DNA of 64,000 nucleotides from Macrostomum lignano. Lineage: Eukaryota. The notes below the pieces were generated by a model, which was not told the DNA's origin, made no database searches, and saw only the letters and a list, made by a program, of their open reading frames with translations. The stretch lies in assembly GCA_002269645.1 (NCBI GenBank), contig NIVC01001914.1:1-64000 (forward strand). Reading direction: 5' to 3'. Below are positions 34,594-47,637 of this stretch, piece by piece (position 1 is the first letter of the stretch; each line of letters starts with the position of its first letter). Made by a program: the position numbers and the translations under genes.

Positions 34594-35989
34594 AATTATC
34601 AACGAAGTTGCTAAACTGTAACAATAATTAACAGTTGGTGAATTTATATTTTAAACTATTTTAAGTTGCACATATTCGACTGATACTACTTCTACTACTG
34701 ACTTTTTAGTCCAGCTAAAGTTATGGCACAGTAATTGAATAATAAATTTTGTTTAGTTGTCAAAAAGCAGAAGCTTCTGCCATCAGATTTGAGTACTTTT
34801 ATTTGTAGATTAAGCGCGTGCGCAGCGGGTGAATAAGGACGGTGCTTGAATTTACGCAACATATTTGTACAAGACGAAAAAATGTTAACAAGAACAAGTC
34901 AATACAAGGGAATTGCAATAAATAAACAATTATAGAAATCAATGTACATCAGTTGGTTGTGCAATCGTGCATTTAGAAGGCCGCGTGTTCCTGTGGACAG
35001 ACAGACAAACAAAGATTAGCACACAGAGAGATAGAAAGCTCTTTTGAGTATTATATATATACTAAAATAGGATAGGAAACTTAAGCGGCGGTTGAAGCTG
35101 TTTAAGATGCTTATAGGCAGTATTAATTAATAATCCTAGATAAATATTGTACAATTTTTTTAAGTTAAAAAATTATTAATGAACAAAAATCACAGAAAGG
35201 CTACAATTTTTCTCAGTGTGGAACAAAATTTATGTTTAAAAATAGACAACCGGAATTGATTTAGAATACGTCGAGATGACTGGAAAGTGGCCTGAATGCA
35301 GCGGGAGCTGAACTAACTGTGGTATTAATTGATGGATTAAGTATATATAAATTGTAACCGGTTTTCTGAACTCCATCCTACTTTGCTATCCAGACTTTCT
35401 AACAAAAATCGAAATATATTATAATAACTGGATAGACCTCCAATTCTTATTTTTTCTAATAAAAAACAGCTTTACTACTTTCAGCTCAAGTAGCAGGAAG
35501 GAATGTGTAAGCTATTTTATTAGACAGGAGTAAAAACTATTGAAAAACTTGCAAAAAGTCAATGACCAAGTCTGAAAAACACTTTATAAAATGATTATTG
35601 TAAGCTAACCAAGTTGAGAATTGGTCATTGGTTGTGCCCATAGACAGAAAAAGGCAAGGCAAGTTGATGTTTCGGCCATAGACATCAACAGAAAGATAGA
35701 CGCGAGCAGAAACCACTCTCAAAGATTGTCTCTCTCTCTCTCTGTCTCTCCCCCTCTCTCTCTCTCATTCCATGCGGTAAGTCTCAGAATTATCAATTCG
35801 CTTGCCTCTATTCCGGCTATGTCTATGGGCCAGACCAAATCTACTGCTCCCAAATGGTCGAATTCTCAACTTGGCTGACAAAAGCAATACTGTTTTTCTT
35901 TCTAGAAACTTCACTAGTCCGCTGGATAGCAAAAAACTTGATGCGAGGGCAAGATGGCAACTACGTACTAAACAGTTGTTGTTAAACAG

Positions 35990-37303
35990 TCAGTTCGGTA
36001 AGATGACCATAGCTGAAGCGGAACTGCCCCTGGTATTCATCCGCCTTCTAGCCAGTTGTACAGTGGGATAAGGATGCTGCAGCTGGTAACAGCAGCCGGT
36101 CCCGGCGCCGCCGCCAACACCGTTGCCATGGCATTTCAACACGCTGGCTAATTTCTTTCTGTAGCCTCTACCAGTAAGCGTAAGCAGCGCCCAGTTGCTA
36201 GCGTTATTAATTAGCGACACCAGGTACAAGATGGTGAAAGCGGAGAACGTAGGCGGAAAACCCGACTGCCTACTGAAAGTAGTATATAGCAGTACAACAG
36301 TCAGTGGGTAGTTAGTAACCAGATAGAGCCCGTTCATAGCCAGCGACACAACGCAGATTCTTTGCTGTCGTTTGCGCCTCTTGCCAGACGAATGCACCCG
36401 ACTGTCATTAGCCACGGCCGAGGCGGCTAAAGCCTGAGGCGATGGAGTTGACCGGGACCCGGCCAGCATCTCCTTGTGCGACAGCAGGGCACCTGAGATC
36501 ACAACGGTGCCAGTGAGCATAATTAGCAAAGGCAGCACACTTCCAACTAGCAGATCGGCCAAGCCAACAACTTTCAAACCGATGTAGGCCCACTCTGAGC
36601 ACATCAGCCGAACTGTGCTATCAGCTGCCACGCTCGACTCGGCAAAATTATAAGTCAGAAAAGCGACAGGTAAGTTGAGCAGAGCCAGCGTGCCAAGCAA
36701 AATAGCAATGCATAGCTTGGCCCGACCGCGTCTTAAATAAGTCTTGGCTAGCATTGGATCGCGGACAACTAGCATTCGTTCCACAAATATGAAGGCCTGC
36801 AGCCAGCCGGACAGGTGAACAAGAAGATAATTTGCGTAGTTAAACACGGCGCTTAGTAGGGCGTAGCTGTTGCGGAAATCCGCACCGAATACGGTGTAGG
36901 ACCACCAGCGCAGGCCTACAATGCTCAGCACCAGAGCGTCAACAATGAATAGACTAACTAATAGTACTCTAGTAGTTGATGGAATCACTTTAGGATGCTT
37001 GCGAACGGTAACTAAGGTAACGGTGATGCCAACGACAGCCACTAGCCACATTAAAGGGAATAGCCACGACACACAGCCGTATCTCAGCCAATAGTCGAAT
37101 TCACTGATTGCTCTGCGACTGTCGATTGCTGAGTTGTATGTGCCATTGCCTAGGATATGCGGTGAGCACAGTTCTCTGTTGTTATCCAGACTGCTATCAT
37201 TGCTGCTATCCTCCTTAGACCTGACACTATTTACACTGTCTATTGGGGCTCGCAGCAGTTGATAACGATGCCACAAGAAATCCGCTAGGTAGGGCTCGCG
37301 CAT
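35990..37303 (-). CDS. Intronless class A (rhodopsin-like) GPCR, FMRFamide/Srw-type peptide-receptor-like, 437 aa
   Basis: Seven hydrophobic segments; STTRVLLVSLFIVD (TM2), FVERMLVV (DRY equivalent), PLLIML (TM5), YP (TM6) and INNASNWALL (TM7 variant); the N-terminus has N-glycosylation sequons. Confidence 0.85.
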   Translation of the reverse strand: MREPYLADFLWHRYQLLRAPIDSVNSVRSKEDSSNDSSLDNNRELCSPHILGNGTYNSAIDSRRAISEFDYWLRYGCVSWLFPLMWLVAVVGITVTLVTVRKHPKVIPSTTRVLLVSLFIVDALVLSIVGLRWWSYTVFGADFRNSYALLSAVFNYANYLLVHLSGWLQAFIFVERMLVVRDPMLAKTYLRRGRAKLCIAILLGTLALLNLPVAFLTYNFAESSVAADSTVRLMCSEWAYIGLKVVGLADLLVGSVLPLLIMLTGTVVISGALLSHKEMLAGSRSTPSPQALAASAVANDSRVHSSGKRRKRQQRICVVSLAMNGLYLVTNYPLTVVLLYTTFSRQSGFPPTFSAFTILYLVSLINNASNWALLTLTGRGYRKKLASVLKCHGNGVGGGAGTGCCYQLQHPYPTVQLARRRMNTRGSSASAMVILPN

Positions 37304-37514
37304 TTGGACTGGATTTCTTCAAGCTGCGATTTTGATTATGCGACAGAGAGACGAGACGACAAACGAATGACCTCGGGTCTTACAGCTCCACTGACGATAG
37401 TCTTAGCCACTTAGATGAGACGTCTGGAAAGTTAAAAAATGGATATCAAATCTTTATTTGATTGATGAAACAGGATAAAAAGGTTATAATTCCTCTAAAA
37501 ACTGAGAGTTCAAT

Positions 37515-37688
37515 TAAATACTCCGGCAAACTCCGGCCCACGAAGCCTCTCTATCCGGCCTTCGGGTCCTCTCAAGTCTCATCTTTCGTCGTCTTCTATT
37601 TCCTCTACTTTGCTTTCTCATCTAGCTTGCAACCATGAGCTGGTTTCTTTATCTGGCCATTGAGGTAAAACCCTTTGCCGATCCTTGG
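37515..37688. mobile_element. Degenerate hAT/Charlie-like MITE remnant
   Basis: It ends in TTTGCCGATCCTTG. Internal ATCTGGCC and TCGGGTCC motifs match the element at 40469-40751 in reverse orientation. Confidence 0.35.
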
Positions 37689-38364
37689 CCTACTAGAATC
37701 AGAAAGCAACTCAACAACCTGTGGCAATAGGATTTTATTAGTTGACCACTCGGTTACTGCATTCATTCACTGGCCAAAAAAATTGAACAAAAAATTTCCA
37801 CTCAAATTTTCCAACGCTTGGCTTTAATTTTAAACGTTAACTACGGACTGCACTGTGATAGGGTTTTTCTAAACAGAAAGTTTATCCTATCCAAGCGCGA
37901 ATGCAGTCCTGTGGGCACAGATAAGCTTAGCAAGCGCCTGTATCTATTTGTGGAGGTTTTTTTCTTTGACTTTTCAAATTTTGAGAAAAGGCGAACGTGT
38001 ACTAAGCCTGCATGTTGGGTGACAGCATGCTAAAAAAATTGTTTTGATAGCGCGCGGCTCACGTGAGCACAAGTGAATGATTATGTATATTAACTAATAA
38101 CATATTAGTAACTCTATTAGGGCCAATTGGTTGTTTATTTAAGTCTAAGGCAGTGCATACACGGCGAGAACAAGACCGTGTGGATGAATAATGAATATGG
38201 TTATACAGTGCTAATAATTGACCGAAAAAAACTATTTGGAATCTAGATTATCTCTCGGGGCATGCGTGATACACATTGCGGGGGCGACACCTTGGAAATC
38301 TTTTAATAGACAAGAATGAAACACACGATTAAACAGATACGTATACGAAAAAATAGGTCGGTAG

Positions 38365-39440
<1,076 letters not shown>

Positions 39441-40468
39441 AGATGCATTAAGGCACTTACAAAGCTCGCAAAGTGCGGGAAGATTCTGATGCAGACTTCT
39501 AGCAGAAGCAGTCAAAGCAGATTTGCTACTGTAGTTGCCTTTCACAGACGGGAAATGGCAATAATAAGGGTACTTGCTGTGATCAAAGACTTGAATATGG
39601 TGCAGCCATGCGCTGCTATCCTCCATAACTCAAAAAACGAAGCTAAAAAGCCCTAGCAGCCTAACTTGTGCTGTCTATAAAATAGACTGCGTGAAAGTTT
39701 TACTAAGAAATGGAAACAATCGCAAGTATATTCTGTATAACAGAATACCTTTTAAGTCGGTGGCGATGGAGAACTTGTTTTTCAGACCAAGTGCCTAACA
39801 ACAGTTTGGTTTGTTGAGTTTTTAGCTGGAAAACTATATTCTCTGAGCCTTCGTCTCACCCATTTCTCCACCACTCTGCCAGTCTCCAAAATCTCAGCCA
39901 ATGAGCAGCCGAGGTTTGTGTAAAAAACTTTTCTTTCTACACCGAACTCTCGGTCCAAATATTGAGTACAATTTTCTATGGTTACTCAGAGTATATGAGA
40001 CTGCACATTGAACAATTATAGAAATGTACAGTCCGACAACGTCATCACTGAGATGCTTAACACAGAGCAGCGCGGAGCATGGGTCCCAAGCCAAAAGCAA
40101 ACAAGTACTCCAACTACGCATTCTCTTTCGGTCATAAAAATAATGTACAACAGAACCCCTTGCCAGCTACTTCTAATACTGAAGAGTGGTTTTTGTTGGT
40201 CACATGATTAAACCTGACAACCATATATGCTTAGCCGCACCTTGTTCTATCTTCTCTATCCTTCTCTCACTCTCTCTCCCCTCTCATCCACGTTTTCTTT
40301 TCATTTCATCTTTCTTTCCAGAGACTTGACAAGCAACAAAAACTGCATCGGTATAGACAAAAGAATAGTTATTAAAAAGCTGGAAAATTCTGGAAATAAA
40401 AAAGTTATTTTTATCTCTCATAACTAGATATAGAACACACAAAGAGGTGCTGTATTATCTATCTAAAA

Positions 40469-40751
40469 CAGGGGTTGGCCAAATTTTTTTTGGCCTTAAG
40501 GGCCAGATAAAAAGTACAGCTAATGACTGCGGGCCAGATGAGGGAACAGACAGCTAATAGAATGATGAAGAGGAAAGATGAGATGAGAGAAGGGAGAGAC
40601 GATAAAGAGAAAGATGGGAGAGAAGAGGGAAGAGGAAAGAAGAGAGATAAGAGAAGAGAGCTGAGAAGAGACACAAGCCCTGAGCGGACCAGATTTGTAT
40701 TGTGAAGTTTCAAAGGACCCGAGGGTCAGATATGGATTTTGCCGACCCCAG
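40469..40751. mobile_element. hAT/Charlie-like MITE (CAGGGGTTGGCC...TTGCCGACCCCAG)
   Basis: Charlie-type termini. The left flank ATCTAAAA fits NTCTARAN, but the right flank does not match. Confidence 0.5.
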
Positions 40752-41221
40752 ATTCACGTACTCGTAAGAATCTTGAACTGCACAACAGCAGAGATGGAAG
40801 CACTGTAGGAAATGAAACAGAAAATAAGCATACTCACTGCCCCCCCCCCCTCATCATAATGAAACTGTCATAGTTATAAGGCCCAAACAGGCCACGAAAA
40901 CTGGCACAAATGCAAGGCAAATGCTCGCGCCACTGAACACGGAGAGGAGAGAGAATAAAAGAAGCCAAAGTCGACCGCTTCGCTTGGATTGCAACTCAAA
41001 TCTCCAACGATTTACCAACGGAAAAGCAGAAGAGAGCACAGCTTGATTGCTTGAAAAGGCGCAAGGAATTTATAAACTCAAAGCAGAATGATTCAAAAAA
41101 GTGAATAACTTCTGTGGGAATTTACTTTCTAAATTTCGATACAATCGATTCTTTAAATGCGCAGTTGACTCAATTTTAATCAACCCTATTAATCAAGAAA
41201 AAGATTCTATCACTCAAGTTT

Positions 41222-41520
41222 TGGCGCCTATTTAGCGCCACTGAATCAATTGGCGCCTTTTAACGCCCTTTTTAGCGCTCCTTGAATTAACTGAAACCCT
41301 TTTTAGCGCCCCTTTAATCAACTGGTGCCCTTTTAACGCCCCTTGAATCAACTGACATCCCTTTTAGCGCCCCTTGAGTCAAGTGGCATCCTTTTTAGCG
41401 CCCATTCAATTTACTGGCGCCTTTTTTAGCGCCCCTGAGTCAACTGGGACCCTTTTTAGTGCAACTTTAATTAAATGACGCCCTTTAAGGTGCCCCCTGA
41501 ATTAAATGGCGACCTTCTTT
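41222..41520 (+). repeat. Degenerate ~30-bp minisatellite (TTTTAGCGCCCC...TCAACTGG)
   Basis: About 9 diverged units. Confidence 0.75.
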
Positions 41521-42004
41521 GCTACTTTAAATCTACTGGGCTCACAATATCTAGATTTAGCTTTTAAATTCTATACAAGTTTATTGTCGAATCAAAATAC
41601 TTGATGTCTGAAGTTAAAAAATGCAGCGTATAGATTTGACTATATATAAAAGCCACCCTTTGATAAGAAGGCCAACTTAGAAATATGTATAGAACTGCAA
41701 TAAATAATTTGATCTAATCACATTTACATTTGAATACTACAAAAATAAAAAAATGTAATAAATAGAAATCTAAGAAATAGAAAATAATATTCACACATTT
41801 TTACTTTAAGTAGAACAGTTAATGTTTACAGTTATTTTAAATGAATGCAAATAAATTCAACAAATTCAACATCCAGTTAAGCTAGTTAATATGTAAAAAA
41901 TAACAATTAAGACTTGAAGCAAGAGCAGAAAGATAAATAGAAAACAAATAAGAAATGAAAAATAATGAGGCAATAGGAAAATTATAGAAGAATATAGATG
42001 CATA

Positions 42005-42150
42005 ACCTTGGGAATCACCCAGCCATTTCTATTGGCAACACATACATGTAAGTTGCTAGTGGCTAAGAGCATTCACGTGACTACTATTCTATCCAATAGT
42101 GACTTATAAGTGTGCGTTGCCAATAGAAATGGCCAAGTAAATCCCAAGGT
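42005..42150. mobile_element. Small foldback/MITE-like element, 146 bp
   Basis: About 38-bp imperfect inverted arms with a perfect GCCATTTCTATTGGCAAC / GTTGCCAATAGAAATGGC core. Confidence 0.6.
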
Positions 42151-43408
42151 GGCACCCAAACATATAGAAAAACAAATATAAATTGGAAATATAGAGTCAA
42201 CTAAGTATTTTTATTAAACTAAGTAGCACAGTGGGTATAGATAGAGAGACTATGTAGTTGTTTAAACCATTTTAGTAATTAATAAAAAAGAAAACTCCCA
42301 AGAATATTCTCAAATTTTATACCTACCTTAGCAAAATATTTAGCAAATGTATAGATTACTAAAAATCTAATATATTATTATAACTAAAGAACAAAAAAGT
42401 TTTGAGCTTTGTTTTAATAAATTGTTTATTGATTATGACTAGCTAGTCCAAGTAGCAGAGATCAAGGAAATACTTTATTACTAAACATAGAGTACTAATA
42501 TTATCTATAAATATTTGACTGACCTAGTTTTGCAATTCTATAACTTTGAATAGCTTATCTTAACAATTGATACCTTAGATTCTAAGACTATATCTAGCAT
42601 AAGCAAAAGCCTAGAAGTCTTTAAAGAAATCACTTTTAAAATTTGCAAGCTTGTTCAATATATAACATTTGTTGTTAATGCAATTAATAATCTAAAAATA
42701 ATAAGAATTTTTATATTGTAAACTACATACTATGTCAAAAGCTTATTTCTTACTATTTAGGCTTAATTGACTTACTTATTCTTACAACTTTCTATCCATA
42801 AATAGCAAAAATATACCAAATAGCTTGTATGTTTTCAGTCTTACCTTTTTTAGTAGAATTGCATAGTATAGGCCAATTATTTTTATTATAGTTTTTGTTT
42901 ACATTTAAAAGAGCTTTTTTTAACTAAAATCTAATTAAACTATTTTTCTAAGTATGAAGTAGCTCATTTTTTATATATTATATATGCCAATAATGGAATT
43001 GACTATAGCATATGACCATGCATGCCCATGACCATGGGAATATTTTAACCATTTATAATAATACAAAGAGGAAGATATTAGGGCATTCCTTCAGTTTACA
43101 ATCACCCCAAACAGTGACAATCACCTTAAACAGTGACAATCACCACATAAATAACAGTTGTATTATAAGACATAAAATCCATAATTTCCAATGAAACAAA
43201 ATCTAATATTGGCAAACTGACTTTGTTTATTTCAAAAGATGATAAGATTGTTATATATTTCACTTTCGGTTTACAATCACCCAAATGTATGTTGCCCATT
43301 AAAATGATCATGAACCAAAGCTGGCCATAAGAAAGTGTACTAAGGGTTGACATGCTTTCCTACAACCAGCTTTGGTTCACAATCATTTCAATGGAGTGCA
43401 TGTGTGGA

Positions 43409-43706
43409 CATACATGCGCAACCTCCAAAATTCGGTCGGCCGTGCGACTTAGTTTTAACAAAAATGCGACGTAGTTTTTGGCCAAAATTGCGACTTACAT
43501 GTAAAAAAACCCTAAAGCAAAATTAACGCAATTTTGGGTAAACGGCAGGAGTAACTATAACTGTATTATTAACCCAAAATGCCTCGTCAGCTACTTAGTA
43601 CTACTACTTGGGTGTTTCTTCGGGTGGGCATTTTTGCGACTTCCTTGGTTGGCCGCCAAATCGGTCGGCCGGATCGGCCGACTCGGCCGACTGTTGCGCA
43701 TGTATG
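43409..43706. mobile_element. hAT- or P-type MITE, 298 bp, carrying a 28S rRNA-derived segment
   Basis: Perfect 14-bp TIR CATACATGCGCAAC and a perfect 8-bp TSD TGTGTGGA (43401-43408 and 43707-43714). Confidence 0.85.
43536..43599 (+). other. Degenerate 28S rRNA-like fragment (H68-H71 region), not an rRNA gene
   Basis: GGGTAAACGGCAGGAGTAACTATAACTGTATTATTAACCCAAAATGCCTCGTCAGCTACTTAGT versus eukaryotic 28S GGGTAAACGGCGGGAGTAACTATGACTCTCTTAAGGTAGCCAAATGCCTCGTCATCTAATTAGT (recalled sequence). Confidence 0.8.
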
Positions 43707-44158
43707 TGTGTGGAAGTGATCATAAACCAAAAGTGAGCGGGGTTGCGGTGCTAAAGATTAATTATACTAAGCTAGGGTTGACAATCTTGACATGCTTTTC
43801 TACAGCCAGCTTTTGATGTTTGTAAACCAAAGGTGATATATATAAGCTACTAGTGAACCGATGTACAATCTTTTCAATTTCAAATAAATTAGGCCTAGTT
43901 GATCAGCAAAATTTTGCTTTCTTTTCATTTGAAACTACCATAAGTTTTTATGTCTTAGTTTTTAACATGCCATTTTTGCATTGCAATAAGCAAAATATAA
44001 AGTGATTGTAAACCAAAACTAGAAAAATAAGGTGATCATAAACCGAAACTGGCAAAATAAACAGTGATTATAAACTGAAGGATTGCCAATGTTAGGACAT
44101 TTTATGTTTTTTAGTTAGTATTTATAAATTCATATTTAAAATAATTTTGCACGTTGCC

Positions 44159-45134
44159 CATAGTCAGGAAGGTGGCAAGTTTACGCGGGAATCAATTTAT
44201 GGAAAAATCCTTGGTGCATGCCAATGTACGCCAATTTTTTAAAACCCTTAACATGACGTTTCTGTTGCATGCCAAAAAACTTGAATACCAAAAATCATGT
44301 ACGCCTCATGTACGTGTGATTTGAATATTAACCGTATTAGATACTATTTTTAAATAAATTTTCTACTTACGTTAAAAAAAGTTTATATAAAAAAAGGAAA
44401 TTCGCTACAAAGAACATAGTGAGTATCAAAAACTTTTTCTTCACATTTCAAGAAACAAATAAACTAAAAGTCTACAAGAGTCACAAAATAAGAGCGTTTA
44501 AAAGTTATTGGATATTTTAATTTTAATGTAGACTGTAGAGTGTAGGCCTGGCCCTGTAGGCTAGGCTGTAGCCTCAACTAGTTGGTTTAATCAATATTCA
44601 AATTCAATTGTTCACGTTTCACTTTATATATTGTATATGTATAGTGTATACATCTATATCTGACTTGTTGATATACTGTCAGTTTGTAATTGCACGCCAT
44701 GGTCGTGATTGCAGCGCATGGGCACTTTGACGGACGGCGTCCGGTGCGGATCTAATACGGCACGGCGCGGCGTGTACGGCGCGCGGCGATTAGTACGGCG
44801 CGGCGCGATACTAATTAGATGCTGAGGCATTTAGGCTTGATAAGACAGTCATAGTTACTCCTGCCGTTTACCCAAAACTGCATTAATTTTGCTTTAGGGT
44901 TTCTTTCACAGGTAAGTCATTTCACAGCGTGGCGCAGGTTGTGTAGGCGTCTGGCGTACTTAAGCCATTCGCTGCAATAGGGGCCATGGTTACACGCCAA
45001 GTAAAAAACTTGTACGCTGAAAATTTAGGCGTGGCTTGAGACCCCTATTTGCACGCCAACTTTGCACGCCAAAATTTTAGCGTGGCTTGTGCATGCAGGA
45101 AAATTCCTGTGTGCAGGCAACTTTCCTGAGTATG
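44159..45134. mobile_element. 976-bp non-autonomous TIR element carrying the same 28S-derived module
   Basis: TIR CATAGTCAGGAAGGTGGC versus CATACTCAGGAAAGTTGC (15/18), flanked by a 10-bp direct repeat GCACGTTGCC / GCATGTTGCC. It has many subterminal GYACGCCA motifs. Confidence 0.65.
44810..44873 (-). other. Degenerate 28S rRNA-like fragment, second copy, inverted
   Basis: The minus strand reads GGGTAAACGGCAGGAGTAACTATGACTGTCTTATCAAGCCTAAATGCCTCAGCATCTAATTAGT, about 80% identical to the recalled 28S segment. Confidence 0.82.
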
Positions 45135-47637
45135 GCATGTTGCCATATGAACAAATTAGATATAAGCATGTTGTCAAAAAAACATTAATAAAAAAATGAT
45201 AAACATTTATGAAATGGGCCTATATTTTTAAGCCACAATTTTTCATAGATATTTATATAGGCCTACTAAAAACATATACTAGGCTACTAGATCTCTTTCA
45301 TTTTGGCAATTGGCATCTTCAATTTGGATCAATAATACTAAACTAGGCCTAGTATAATTTTACTTTTGCAAAATACAGATTTATTAGGGCCTACTTAATT
45401 AAAAAAAGAAAAAAAAACTACAAAGTACAAATTAAACAACTACATAATTATAGGCCTAAGTCTAAAAACAAATTTTCTCAATTATTATTAAGCATATTTT
45501 AGGCCTAATAAAAAAATGCACGATTGTGTAGAATTACCTAATTTATAATATATAATTAACTAATGTCTGCGATATGTACATAAATTTGAACCCACAGTGT
45601 CACTGTGTTAGTTTAACTACACCAGCCTCCTACTACAAGTCTTGTCTACAACTAGGCCCTACACTACAAGTACAACTATAAAATTCTTCGACCCAGCTGT
45701 ACATATTTAAGTAAAAATGGGATATATAGTTACGCCCTAGGCTATTTCCTAGTAGCTTTAATATATAGTGTTATTTAAGCTACTATGAGGGAAAACCTGA
45801 TCAGGTTTGAATCCAACCCGTGTGGGTCCCCTGGCCAAGTCTCACTAAGGCGTGCACGCTTGACCGTCGTCATTTCACTTAAACCAAGCGCGAATTTTCC
45901 GGGAACTTTTAGTTGGTTATAAGAAATGTTTCTTGGTTCAAGCGACTCCATTTATAATTAATTCAGAGAAGAAGTTACTAAGTGGCTCTGTGGTACAAGC
46001 GATGAATGCAAAAATCAAACTAAAATATTGGGATGCGATGAAGACTTTACTTGTTGTCCGGATTGGATAAATTGCATACATTGCAGCCAAGGGCAAATTT
46101 AGTATAGACATTTTTAGTATATGGATTTAGCCAAATCATCAGTTGCCCTTGGCTCATTGTGAAAAATTCTGCCTAAAATTTGTCACTCCACTTACTTCAT
46201 TAAAGCTAAATAAAGTTTCTGCGCGTGTACAGTCTCACAAGTCGCTATAATGTTACTCGTGTACAGTTCTCTTATTAACCAAGAATAGAATAAGCACGTC
46301 GTATATCTAAATATATATATATATATGCATATAATTTTTCTTGTACGAGTCAAGGACTACATGTACTACTTCATGCACATTAAATTAGCTATAGATCAGC
46401 AACTATTATTAGCTACACCTGTAAGGACTAAATTAAAGGTAAAGGTTCATTATAAGACTACTGTATCTGTGACTGCATGGTGAACGAACTGACTTTCTCA
46501 ATGAAGTATCCGACGAAAATTGGACTGCGCAATACACTTTACAATGAATACACATGCATAAGGTTATTATAGGTTTTTGGTGTGACATAATTTTACATTT
46601 TTTAAATTTGTAAATGCATTTGTACACTACATGTACTACAATATAGCCTCAGCTGTACAATACAATTCGTACATATGTACAGGCTTCACAAGTTAAATTA
46701 TTAACAGTTCTCATTCAAAAAGGCTGGCGTTGACTAATGAATCTGCAGTTGAACATAAAGAAATGATCGAATGTTTTACTTATTTTTACTCTCTTTCCTG
46801 CATGGCATCTACATGTGTAGCAGCTCTTAGTCTAGTCTCGTATCAGCTCTCTGCGTCCCTTCGAGTCAGCCCCAAAGTCTCGAGCTGCAGCTACCTGTGC
46901 ATGTACAAAATCTAATCTAACGATGCTATACGAGAGAGGCTCCATGAATACAAGCAACAACTGATGGTGCTGGTTTCCAGCATCAGGCTTCCTGCAGTAT
47001 AGTGAGAGTTTAGATTTTATCGATCGCTCCGTGTGCAGAGGGCGCAGTTGTGTGTGTGGGGGGTGTGGAAACTCCTCAGCCTTGTCTCCCGAATTCTTCC
47101 GATCCTCTCCTAGACGTAAGCTTACTAAGAGGATCCATGCTCCCAGACAAAACGGCTTTCCTCCTCTGATGAATAACCCTCCACACAAGCGTTTTTGGGA
47201 GAAGCGGAGCTCCCAAGCGCTGGGGATCGAGCTGCATAGCTCGTGTTCGAGGGGGGTCGCGGGGTCCGTTTTCCCTTTCTCTCTTGCCCCCACCCCATCA
47301 CCTCCGAACCTATGCGGGACCGCAGTCCTCCCCATCCTCCTCCTATCTCTCTCTCTCAGCTTCTGCTTCAGCTCGATCTCGTCTCGCTTGCCGCAAAATA
47401 GCAAAGGTGATCCGAGGGTGGAGGAAGGAATAGGGGAGAGAGGTGAAGTTGGAGGATTGGATGGAGGAAGCTGGAACCAAGCGCTGAACCCGCCATGCCA
47501 CCAGAGACTGAAGTGGAGGATCCAAAGGCTGCCCCCCTGCCTCAACCCATAAAATGCCATCCCATCGCAATTGCCGGTGTCTGCATTGCTGAATCACACA
47601 GAAGCAGTCTGCTTGATCAACAAACACAGCAGCAGTC

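Larger units (their letters stand above)
43082..44087. mobile_element. About 1-kb non-autonomous TIR element (Harbinger-like GGC ends) hosting a nested MITE
   Basis: TIR GGCATTCCTTCAGTTTACAATCAC versus GTGATTATAAACTGAAGGATTGCC (22/24), with subterminal TTACAATCAC/GTGATYRTAAAC motifs. No clear TSD. Confidence 0.6.

Noticed and set aside
33774-34631. TDRQ and LSVC repeat ORFs (likewise 12359-12660, 21570-22815, 31483-33133, 57231-58517)
   Set aside because: They are microsatellite or minisatellite translations with no coding signal.
43536-44873. rRNA gene
   Set aside because: Only ~65-nt degenerate 28S-like pieces inside TIR elements; there is no rDNA unit.
46832-47560. 242-aa (-) and 173-aa (+) ORFs upstream of the ZF-TALE gene
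   Set aside because: No recognisable domain; this is a GC-rich, low-complexity promoter or UTR-like region.
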